A DNA stretch of 64,000 bases from Clostridia bacterium (GTDB lineage: Bacteria; Bacillota; Clostridia; UBA1381), in assembly GCA_045538755.1 (NCBI GenBank), contig JAZQEC010000002.1, forward strand, positions 117,740 through 181,739. The letters are read 5' to 3'. How positions within the stretch are numbered: position 1 is the first letter of the stretch; every line of letters begins with the position of its first letter. The position numbers and the translations under genes were made by a program. This document shows, piece by piece, positions 18,225-26,424 of this stretch. The notes under the pieces are model-generated. The model made no database searches. It was given only the letters and a program-made list of their open reading frames with translations, and was not told the origin of the DNA.

Positions 18225-19412
18225 ATGTCGACGGAATTAGAATTAAATAAAGAGGATTTTGAAGAAACCAGATATTCACGATTAGAACTTATTCCCTGGT
18301 GGAATCAAGAACTTCTACACAATTCAACAGTAATGGTTGTAGGTGCCGGTGCCATCGGCAATGAACTTATCAAAAACCTTGCCTTGCTTGGTGTGGGCAA
18401 AATCGTTATTGTTGATATGGATAAGATTGAGCAAACAAACCTTACTCGTTCTATTCTTTATAGAATGAAAGATGTTGGCAAATATAAATCCCAGGCCGCA
18501 GCAGAAGCTGCTATGGAGATTAATCCTGATGTTAAAGCAATATGCCTCAATCAGAATATTGTTACAGATATTGGTCTTGGTGTATTTCGCAGTATGGATA
18601 TTGTTCTCGGTGGTCTTGATAACCGTGAAGCAAGACTTGCAATTAACCAGTCATGTTATAAGGTAAACAAGCCCTGGATTGATGGTGCTATTGAGGTTTT
18701 AAACGGTTTTGCTAGAGTGTTTGTTCCGCCCGGTCCGTGTTATGAATGCACAATGACCGAAACAGACTGGAAACTCATCAATAAACGTAAATCCTGTGCA
18801 CTTTTAACGCATGATGAGATGTTAGAAGGCAAAACGCCTACTACACCTACTTCATCATCAATTATTGCAGGTGTTCAGGTTCAAGAAATGCTGAAGATTT
18901 TGCACAATGACAGAAATCTTCCTACGCTTGCCGGCAAAGGGTATGTGTTCAATGGACTTACCCATGATTCTTTTGTCGTAGAGTACCAGCTTAAAGATGA
19001 TTGTATGAGCCATGATTTGTATGACAATATAAGGGAAATGGATTGGTCTGCTCGTGAAGTGTCTGTAAAAGATGTTTTAAATCAGGCAGCAAAAGACCTT
19101 GGTGATGGTGCAATCATTGAATTTGATCGTGATATTGCTACAACTGCAACCTGTGTTTGTGGAGATACAAAAGACATTTTCAATACTGTGAACCGTCTTC
19201 GTGGCAAAGATATTGTTTGCGAAAAATGTGGTAAATCTATGCAATTTGAAACTATACACACAATTAATGGTGAAGAAGATTTTCTTGATAAAAAATTATA
19301 TGAAATCGGTATACCTTTGTATCATATCATTGCAGTGAGGAAAGGTATGAAATATGTTTATTATGAATTATCAAAAGATAAAAACGAAGTGTTAGGAGGT
19401 CTGTTTGAATGA
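18225..19412 (+). CDS. E1-like adenylating enzyme (ThiF/MoeB/UBA family)
   Basis: VMVVGAGAIGNE Gly-loop, DxD at IVDMDKIEQTNLTRS, GGLDNREAR, and two Cys pairs (CYEC, and CVCG...CEKCG). Its stop overlaps the E2 start (ATGA). Confidence 0.8.
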   Translation: MSTELELNKEDFEETRYSRLELIPWWNQELLHNSTVMVVGAGAIGNELIKNLALLGVGKIVIVDMDKIEQTNLTRSILYRMKDVGKYKSQAAAEAAMEINPDVKAICLNQNIVTDIGLGVFRSMDIVLGGLDNREARLAINQSCYKVNKPWIDGAIEVLNGFARVFVPPGPCYECTMTETDWKLINKRKSCALLTHDEMLEGKTPTTPTSSSIIAGVQVQEMLKILHNDRNLPTLAGKGYVFNGLTHDSFVVEYQLKDDCMSHDLYDNIREMDWSAREVSVKDVLNQAAKDLGDGAIIEFDRDIATTATCVCGDTKDIFNTVNRLRGKDIVCEKCGKSMQFETIHTINGEEDFLDKKLYEIGIPLYHIIAVRKGMKYVYYELSKDKNEVLGGLFE

Positions 19413-21334
19413 ATGCAAGAATGAGGAGAATTGCCTCCGACTATGAACAGATTAAGAAGAATTTTTCGAATCATAAGAATATTGTAGTAGAACCAATTGG
19501 TGAAGAACCTGCCGAAAAGTACAGAGTTACATATTATGTAAATGGTATATACCTTTTAGAAGACGGCAGGATCGAAACTCTTGGTAAACACATCGTAATT
19601 ATTACATTACATGCTGAATATCCGAGATATAAGCCGATATGTACTATTGCTACACCTATCTGGCATCCTAATTTTAGAGATGGACAGATTTGTATAGGTG
19701 ATATCTGGGGAGCTGGAGAATCACTCTGCGATATTATTGTAAACATCGGTGATATGATTCAATATAAATCCTGGAACTCCTTTAGTCCTCTTTCTGCTGA
19801 TGCTGCCGAGTGGGCTATTGCAAACAAACACCTATTCCCTGTTGGTAATGTTAATTTGTGGACCGGCGAGGAAGAAGACGGCACAGTAAAAAAAGAGTTT
19901 GATATTGATCTTTTTGATGAAGATGAAGAAACATCATCAACTGAAACTATTCCGGAAGTGGTAGAATCCGCTCCTGTACAGGAAGAAATGCCGGTTGTTT
20001 CAGCAGAAACAACTGTTGAACAAGTTCCTGTAGCTACTGCTATATTGGAAAATGAAGATGAGAATGACTTTGAAATTACTGCTGAAGAATTAGAAGGAAT
20101 TGAATTTGTTCCGACTGCAGTAAGAATGCAAGGCAGCCAATATGGAGCAACTGCAAAAGGTGGCAAAGTTAACTTTAAAACTGTATTAGTCAAAGGCTTA
20201 TTATGGGCTTTAATAGGCGCATTTATTGGCTTTGGTGTTTCAGAAGTTTCTGATGGTTTAACTGGTAATGCCTCCGTTGCAAGAATGTTAGGACATCCTG
20301 AAATTGCTGAATATTATGAATATACAGAGCAAGCAAATGATGTTTTAGCCCCTGTAGATGCAGCATTTGAAAAATACTGCAAAGAACAAGGAATAGATCC
20401 TGAATCAGAAAACGCTTTAACAAATTGGTTGACGAACAATACTTCTAAGTATTCAAGTACTGTCGAAAAATATTTGGAATACAATGAAAAAGCCGAAAAT
20501 GCATTGTATGAAGCCTATGAAAATGATTTTAATTCTAACGAAGACAAACTTGGCGAAGCGATGGAAGGAATATCAAGAACTCATACTGCATTGTGGTCCG
20601 CATTAATCGCTTTATTCATCGGTCTTTTCCTTGGTCTTGGAGAAGGCATATACTATGGTTCAAAGGAAAATGCAATTAAATATGCTTTAATTGGTGCCGG
20701 TATATCAATAGTTGTTGGTGCTGTAAGCGGATATCTTGCACAGTGGATGTATGCTTCGATGTTGACCGATTATTCGTCTGACTTTACCAAAGCTCTCGTA
20801 AGAGGTTTGGGTTGGGCAATAATGGGTATTGGTATAGGCTTATCCGTAGGTCTTATCAAATCTGAACAAAAGAGAATAATTTTCTGTTCTCTCGGTGGTG
20901 TTATTGGTGCATTTATAGGAGGATTCCTATTTAACTATGTATGTGATATCATTCCAAATGACATTGTTGCACGCGGATTTGCAATAGTTATTATGGGCCT
21001 TTTGATCGGTGTTGGCGTAGGTGTACTTGAACAGTTTGCAAAAGCTGCTTGGCTCAAAGTTATAAGAGGTGAATTTGAAGGTAAAGAATATCTTGTATTT
21101 GAAGGTACAACAAGTATTGGTAATAGTGGAAAGAACACTATTGTATTGTTCAAAGATAAACTTGTTGCACCAAATCATTGCGATATTGTTCAAGAAGGTA
21201 GCAAATATGTCCTGGTAGATAAAGGCTCACCAATGGGTACTGTTGTTAATGGTATGCGTGTGACTCGCCATGTTTTAAAACAGGGTGATGCAGTTGCTAT
21301 CGGTAACTCTGTACTAGTATTTAACACGAAATAA
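19409..21334 (+). CDS. UBC-type E2 fused to about six Gly-rich TM helices and a C-terminal FHA domain
   Basis: YPRYKPICTIATPIWHPNFRDGQICIGDIW (H86-P87-N88, Cys95). Hydrophobic GxxxG-rich segments between about residues 258 and 545. C-terminal IGNSGKNTIVL...VVNGMRV...GDAVAIGNSVLVF is FHA-like. Confidence 0.75.
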   Translation: MNARMRRIASDYEQIKKNFSNHKNIVVEPIGEEPAEKYRVTYYVNGIYLLEDGRIETLGKHIVIITLHAEYPRYKPICTIATPIWHPNFRDGQICIGDIWGAGESLCDIIVNIGDMIQYKSWNSFSPLSADAAEWAIANKHLFPVGNVNLWTGEEEDGTVKKEFDIDLFDEDEETSSTETIPEVVESAPVQEEMPVVSAETTVEQVPVATAILENEDENDFEITAEELEGIEFVPTAVRMQGSQYGATAKGGKVNFKTVLVKGLLWALIGAFIGFGVSEVSDGLTGNASVARMLGHPEIAEYYEYTEQANDVLAPVDAAFEKYCKEQGIDPESENALTNWLTNNTSKYSSTVEKYLEYNEKAENALYEAYENDFNSNEDKLGEAMEGISRTHTALWSALIALFIGLFLGLGEGIYYGSKENAIKYALIGAGISIVVGAVSGYLAQWMYASMLTDYSSDFTKALVRGLGWAIMGIGIGLSVGLIKSEQKRIIFCSLGGVIGAFIGGFLFNYVCDIIPNDIVARGFAIVIMGLLIGVGVGVLEQFAKAAWLKVIRGEFEGKEYLVFEGTTSIGNSGKNTIVLFKDKLVAPNHCDIVQEGSKYVLVDKGSPMGTVVNGMRVTRHVLKQGDAVAIGNSVLVFNTK

Positions 21335-21345
21335 TATAGAAGGAG

Positions 21346-22200
21346 ATGAGTGGTATGAAATATAGAATTATCAGCATAGCGATTGTGTTCATACTGCTTA
21401 TCTCTTTTTCTGCATATGCAATTAACTTTACACCTGAAGAGACATATAATTCGGTGGTTGTTGTATATACAGATACAGGGGTTGGCAGTGGTTTTTCTAT
21501 TAAAGAAAATATAATAATAACAAACGCACATGTTGTGGGATACAGTAAAAAAGTTGCAGTTAATTTATACGATGGAACGACAATTAAAGGCAACGTTATA
21601 AAAACTGATATTGAAAAAGATTTGGCGTTGATTGAGGTTGATAAAACAATTACACCATTAAGTATAAATTCAAACAATTTAAGTATAGGTCAGGAAGTAT
21701 ATGCAATAGGCGCACCAAAAGATATGCCTTACACCATGACCAAAGGAATCATATCAGCACTTGACAGAAAACTTGGACAAAACACCTACATACAAATAGA
21801 TGCATCTGTAAATTCCGGAAACAGTGGCGGTCCGCTTGTTGATGACAATGGAAATGTGATTGGAATCATTACTCTAAAAGCATCTGATGCGGAAGGAATT
21901 GGCTTTGCAATTAACACAAAAGATATCAATAATTTTATTGAAGGTGTAGAAGTCCCTGAGCAACAAGTTTCTTCTGAAACCGAAAATGGAGAAAAAGATA
22001 TATTGCCAAACGAAAATAATGCTGAAACAAATGAAATGCAAAAGACTCTTATGGCAGAAAACGATGGATTAAAAATAGCACTGTGTATGTCTGTTATTTT
22101 TAATATTATATTAGGATTGTTATACCTTCACATATTGTTTAAAAAACGTTCCAAGAAAGAAAAAGACGAGTTTGATTTTGAAATTGAAATTGAGGAGTAG
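21346..22200 (+). CDS. Trypsin-like (S1/HtrA-type) serine protease, exported, with C-terminal TM anchor
   Basis: Signal-like MKYRIISIAIVFILLISFSAYA. Triad motifs TNAHVV, DLALIEV and GNSGGPLV. C-terminal helix LKIALCMSVIFNIILGLLYLHILF. The start may be the ATG at 21355. Confidence 0.8.
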   Translation: MSGMKYRIISIAIVFILLISFSAYAINFTPEETYNSVVVVYTDTGVGSGFSIKENIIITNAHVVGYSKKVAVNLYDGTTIKGNVIKTDIEKDLALIEVDKTITPLSINSNNLSIGQEVYAIGAPKDMPYTMTKGIISALDRKLGQNTYIQIDASVNSGNSGGPLVDDNGNVIGIITLKASDAEGIGFAINTKDINNFIEGVEVPEQQVSSETENGEKDILPNENNAETNEMQKTLMAENDGLKIALCMSVIFNIILGLLYLHILFKKRSKKEKDEFDFEIEIEE

Positions 22201-22205
22201 CGATT

Positions 22206-23177
22206 ATGAAGAAGAAAAAAACTAAGGCAAGGGTTTCTCATAAAAATATTACACCCGATTTGCCACAAAATATAGTTCCTGTAGGAGAAAGAGTTTTTGA
22301 TGATAAAAACATTTATATTCATCAAAAAGTTTATGCACAAATACATAAATTTGCTGCCAATAAAACAGAAAATGAGCATGGTGGAATCTTGGTTGGCAGA
22401 ATTCTAAATGAAATGGGTAAAGAAAATACAATTATAGAAGGCTTTATTGAAGCGAAATACAATGCAGCTACGCCTACTACTTTAACATTCACCCACGAAA
22501 CATGGGATTATTTCCATTCTGAAATGGATAGAAAGTATAAGGATAAAAAAATTGTGGGATGGATTCATACTCATCCTAATTTTGGAATATTCTTGTCTGA
22601 AAATGACCGATTTATACAACAAAATTTCTTCACTGATGCTAATCAGGTAGCCTATGTAGTCGATCCAATTCAAAATGATGAAGGCTTCTTCTTTTGGGTG
22701 AATGAAAAATTAGAACGTTGCCCTGGTTTTTACTTGTTTGATAAAAACGGAGTTAAAATAAAACAAAAGGCATGGTCAACTGATCCGGATGAACTTAATG
22801 AAGATGTAATTGTAAAACATAGTAAGATACATCCTATTCTTACAATTGCACTTGTTCTTGTTATACTTGTAAATCTTTTTGTGATAATGCAACAATCTAG
22901 GAGAATAGACACGCTTGAAAGGCAGGTTGAGGATCAGGAATTGGTACTTCGGTATGGTGTTCTTGGCATTTATGGTAATCCTGAAATATCGGATGTTGCT
23001 GATAATATAAGACAGCAAATAGAAGCACAGGAAAAATCTAAAAAACAAGCGATTCAGGATGCTATGAAACAACAAAAAGAACAACAAGCGACAGAGGCGA
23101 ACGAACAAGAACAAAAAGAAGAAAAAAATACTGAAGAAAATGAAACAAACACAGAGAATAACGGAGGTACAGAATAA
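22206..23177 (+). CDS. JAB/MPN (JAMM) metallopeptidase with TM helix and E/Q/K-rich tail
   Basis: ENEHGGILVG (Glu) and HTHPNFGIFLSEND (H-x-H-x7-S-x2-D); TM helix IHPILTIALVLVILVNLFVIM. Confidence 0.8.
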   Translation: MKKKKTKARVSHKNITPDLPQNIVPVGERVFDDKNIYIHQKVYAQIHKFAANKTENEHGGILVGRILNEMGKENTIIEGFIEAKYNAATPTTLTFTHETWDYFHSEMDRKYKDKKIVGWIHTHPNFGIFLSENDRFIQQNFFTDANQVAYVVDPIQNDEGFFFWVNEKLERCPGFYLFDKNGVKIKQKAWSTDPDELNEDVIVKHSKIHPILTIALVLVILVNLFVIMQQSRRIDTLERQVEDQELVLRYGVLGIYGNPEISDVADNIRQQIEAQEKSKKQAIQDAMKQQKEQQATEANEQEQKEEKNTEENETNTENNGGTE

Positions 23178-24022
23178 TGGATTTTATAGGTAAAATTTGT
23201 CCCTATTGCAAAACTGAATTTAAAGAAGGCGATGATGTCGTTGTATGTAGCGTTTGCGAAATGCCACATCACAAAGAATGTTGGATAGAAAATAAAGCAT
23301 GTACTACATTTGGATGCACAGGCACAATTGTTGGTGCAGAGCAATATGCAGAAGCTGTAGATAATAAGACATTCTGTTCTAAATGTGGAGCGCCTTTAAG
23401 TGAAGGGCAAAAATTCTGTGCTTCATGCGGAACACCAGCAGGAGCAACAGGTGAACCACATTTTCAGGTTGCTGGAGCATATGCGGCAAACCAAAGTTAT
23501 CAGCAAAATACATATACTGCGCCTCAGCCACAGTACACACCTCAATATTCTGCTCCGCAGTATAATGCTGGTTATAATCCTTATGGTCAACAACAGGTCG
23601 ATCAGGATTTATATACATTTATACAGTCTAATCAGCCATTCTATATATCAAAGTTCCAAAAAATGCAGATGAGTAACAGTAAAACATCATGGAATTGGTG
23701 TAGCTTTTTATTCAGTGCATATTGGTTGGCATATAGAAAAATGTATGGTATAGCAGCGGCATATGCCGGAATCTCCTTCGTATTAGGGTTGATTCCTGGT
23801 CTTGGTTCTATTTTAGGATTAGCAATGTCTATCTGTGCTGGTATATTTGGAAATCATTTTTATAAACAATATATAGACGGAGAATTACAGGTAGCTAAGA
23901 GTATGGATGCGATGAATAAAACCGCCTATATAGCCAAGAAAGGTGGAACAAGCGCAGGTGCAGTTTGGGTTGTTATAGGAATAATGACTGTTCTTGGAAT
24001 GATAATAGGCAGTAGCATGTAA
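23177..24022 (+). CDS. Prok-RING-like C4HC3 finger + zinc ribbon + Q/Y/P-rich linker + DUF2628-like TM domain (E3 candidate)
   Basis: C8-x2-C11-x12-C24-x2-C27-x4-H32-x2-C35-x6-C42-x4-C47 in ICPYCKTEFKEGDDVVVCSVCEMPHHKECWIENKACTTFGC. Then FCSKCG-x9-FCASCG, and WNWCSFLFSAYWLAYRKMY. Confidence 0.6.
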   Translation: MDFIGKICPYCKTEFKEGDDVVVCSVCEMPHHKECWIENKACTTFGCTGTIVGAEQYAEAVDNKTFCSKCGAPLSEGQKFCASCGTPAGATGEPHFQVAGAYAANQSYQQNTYTAPQPQYTPQYSAPQYNAGYNPYGQQQVDQDLYTFIQSNQPFYISKFQKMQMSNSKTSWNWCSFLFSAYWLAYRKMYGIAAAYAGISFVLGLIPGLGSILGLAMSICAGIFGNHFYKQYIDGELQVAKSMDAMNKTAYIAKKGGTSAGAVWVVIGIMTVLGMIIGSSM

Positions 24023-24033
24023 GGAGGCTTATT

Positions 24034-24996
24034 ATGGATGATACAAATATTGAAATTTTAGAAACCGAAAGTGTTGTTATCGAAAGTTCAGTAGTTGCAT
24101 TACCTATGAATTTTGTGTCTGTAGGAACTGTGGAACACGATAGTGTTCAGGTTTATATCAAACAAGATGTTTATAAACGAATAGAGAAATTCGCTAAAGA
24201 AGAAATGTCAAAAGAAGTTGGAAGTATTTTAATTGGCGACTATGTGGATGAAAAAGACAGAAAAACTATAATAATTTCAAATTACATTGAAGCAAAATAT
24301 ACCGATGCTTCTGCCTCTACTCTTACCTTTACACATGAAACATGGGATTATGTATATAGAGAAAAGGATAAAAAATATCCGGACAAAAAAATAGTTGGCT
24401 GGCAACACACTCACCCGGGATATGGAATTTTCCTATCAAATTATGATATTTTCATACAGGAAAATTTCTTTAACCTTCCTTGGCAGATTGCATATGTTGT
24501 AGATCCTATTGCAGATACAAGAGGATTTTTTGAGTGGAAAAATGATAAAGTTGCCAAAATGTCAGGCTTTTATGTTTATGATGAAATTGGCAGAGAAATA
24601 AAAATTTCAGAAAAAGCCAAGCCTGTTAAAAAACATTTTTCCATTACAACTATTATTTTGTCGTTCTTGCTACTTGTTTCGCTATTGGTTTCAGTTTCGT
24701 TTGGGATTGAGAAAAACAATGTTATGGATAGGCTCAACGAAGCACTTGCAACGATAAGCCAGCAATCCAACATTCAAATGGATGAAACACCAACGGTAGT
24801 AGAACAAGAACTGCCCGAAGATGTTGAAGCATTTAAGGTGTATGTAGTACAGGAAGGTGATTATCTAGAAAGTATATGCGAGCAATATGGTTTAGATTAC
24901 ATGAGCAATATACAGAAGATAATGAGAATCAATAGCATAACAGATGTAAATAAAATCTATGTAGGTCAAAAATTGTACTTGCCTATAAACGAATAA
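24034..24996 (+). CDS. JAB/MPN (JAMM) metallopeptidase with TM helix and C-terminal LysM
   Basis: SKEVGSILIG and HTHPGYGIFLSNYD JAMM motif. TM helix ITTIILSFLLLVSLLVSVSFGI. LysM: YVVQEGDYLESICEQYG...INSITDVNKIYVGQKLYLP. Confidence 0.8.
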   Translation: MDDTNIEILETESVVIESSVVALPMNFVSVGTVEHDSVQVYIKQDVYKRIEKFAKEEMSKEVGSILIGDYVDEKDRKTIIISNYIEAKYTDASASTLTFTHETWDYVYREKDKKYPDKKIVGWQHTHPGYGIFLSNYDIFIQENFFNLPWQIAYVVDPIADTRGFFEWKNDKVAKMSGFYVYDEIGREIKISEKAKPVKKHFSITTIILSFLLLVSLLVSVSFGIEKNNVMDRLNEALATISQQSNIQMDETPTVVEQELPEDVEAFKVYVVQEGDYLESICEQYGLDYMSNIQKIMRINSITDVNKIYVGQKLYLPINE

Positions 24997-25008
24997 AGAG
25001 GTGTTTTT

Positions 25009-26283
25009 ATGATAATATGCTCTCGTTGTAAAACAGAAAATGAAGACGATGTGAAATTTTGTAGAGAATGCGGAAACGATTTGATAACAAATGTTGATGC
25101 ACCGGCGAATGAGGATCTAAAAAGCTTGGCAGACTCATTAAATGAACAAGCAGTACATACAGAAAAACAACCATTTAATCTTAATAAAGCTATTTCTGAA
25201 GTGCCAAAAAAACTTTGGAGCGGAATAAAGAAATCTATATTTTTTAGAAAAAAGAAAAATACAATTATCACCTGTTCTTCTCTAGTAGTCATGATATTGT
25301 TGATAATTGGAGTTTTAAATAGCGGTTATATTGCGTTTACCATGGCATACAACATGGGTAAATACGATGCAGCAAAAAATATTCAAGGATGGTCGTTTAA
25401 TAGTAATGGTGTGAAATCTAATATAGAGAAATTTGTCATAAATAAAACTGAATCTTACTATGCTGATTTCTCTTCCGAGAAGATAACGTATGAGGAAGCT
25501 AATGAAAAGTTTGATATTGCGGAGGATTTCAGCAGCAACAAGGATGCAAAAAATAAGGCTGATAAATTACAAACTTCAAGAACATCTTATACAAAAGCAG
25601 AAGAATACGAGAAGAACGGCGATACCTTTAGTGCTGTATTGGAATATCTTAAAGTAATCGAAGAAGATAAAAACTATAATACAGCAAAAGAAAAAATAGA
25701 AAAGAATAAGCCAACTGTAAAACAACAAGCTATTTCACAAATGGATAACTGTGTTGCAGTAAATGATTTTAATACTGGTTTAAAAATTGTATCCGATATG
25801 GAAAAGATATTCTCTAACGATGCTGATATTAATAATTATAAAAAGGATTTTGAAGCACGTAAAGAAGCACATAGAATTCAGGAATTAAAAGATAATCAAA
25901 AAGTCAAAGTTACAAGCGTAAGATCATTTAACGATGGTTATTATATTGTTTTTAGAAAAGCCCAAGCAATATTGAAAAATTGCAGCAATAATGTTTTAAA
26001 AGAAGCAACAATTGTGTTCTTGTTGTTCGATAGTAACGGATATCCTGTAGATGCAGATTATTCGATGTACTCAGAAAGTGGAGTAGACAATAGTGAACGA
26101 TGTGGTACGGGAAGCATGAATCTACAACCTGGTGAATCTTGGGGGTACGGCAAGGCGATGGATATTCCGGATAATGCAACGCAAGTTAAAGCCTGTGTAA
26201 AATCTGCTGAATTTTATGATGGCGGTACATGGACGAATCCGTATTACGAACATTGGCTTAAAACTGAAAAAGACAGATATTAA
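25009..26283 (+). CDS. Zinc-ribbon / single-pass TM protein with large extracytoplasmic domain
   Basis: CSRCK-x9-FCRECG at the N-terminus, FFRKKKNT stop-transfer, TM helix SSLVVMILLIIGVLNSGYIAF, about 320-aa external region. Confidence 0.6.
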   Translation: MIICSRCKTENEDDVKFCRECGNDLITNVDAPANEDLKSLADSLNEQAVHTEKQPFNLNKAISEVPKKLWSGIKKSIFFRKKKNTIITCSSLVVMILLIIGVLNSGYIAFTMAYNMGKYDAAKNIQGWSFNSNGVKSNIEKFVINKTESYYADFSSEKITYEEANEKFDIAEDFSSNKDAKNKADKLQTSRTSYTKAEEYEKNGDTFSAVLEYLKVIEEDKNYNTAKEKIEKNKPTVKQQAISQMDNCVAVNDFNTGLKIVSDMEKIFSNDADINNYKKDFEARKEAHRIQELKDNQKVKVTSVRSFNDGYYIVFRKAQAILKNCSNNVLKEATIVFLLFDSNGYPVDADYSMYSESGVDNSERCGTGSMNLQPGESWGYGKAMDIPDNATQVKACVKSAEFYDGGTWTNPYYEHWLKTEKDRY

Positions 26284-26290
26284 TTGATTT

Positions 26291-26331
26291 AAAGAGATAT
26301 AGCAGCATTTGGTTGTTATATCTCTTTTTTC
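26291..26331 (+). terminator. Rho-independent terminator closing the Ubl operon
   Basis: aaagagatata / tatatctcttt stem followed by a T-run. Confidence 0.65.
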
Positions 26332-26350
26332 GTTCAAAAAAATTCCTTCG

Positions 26351-26379
26351 TAGACTTATGCCATCTTCTGTGGTATGTT
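26351..26379 (+). promoter_or_regulatory. Promoter-like element, copy B (TAGACT-17-TGgTATGTT)
   Basis: The 36-nt block 26345-26380 is 30/36 identical to 12696-12731. Confidence 0.35.
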
Positions 26380-26424
26380 TGTGTTGCTAGATAAGGTAAA
26401 TACAAAAATCAGGAGATGAATATT

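Noticed and set aside
21190-21677. Minus-strand ORFs (113 and 118 aa) at the E2/protease junction
   Set aside because: They are antisense to two motif-supported genes and have hydrophobic, low-complexity translations.
15962-26283. Could the E1/E2/JAB genes be a type II CBASS accessory module (Cap2/Cap3)?
   Set aside because: No CD-NTase-like gene and no cyclic-nucleotide effector lie anywhere in the island. E1 and E2 are separate proteins rather than a Cap2-type fusion, and a dedicated Ubl gene is present.
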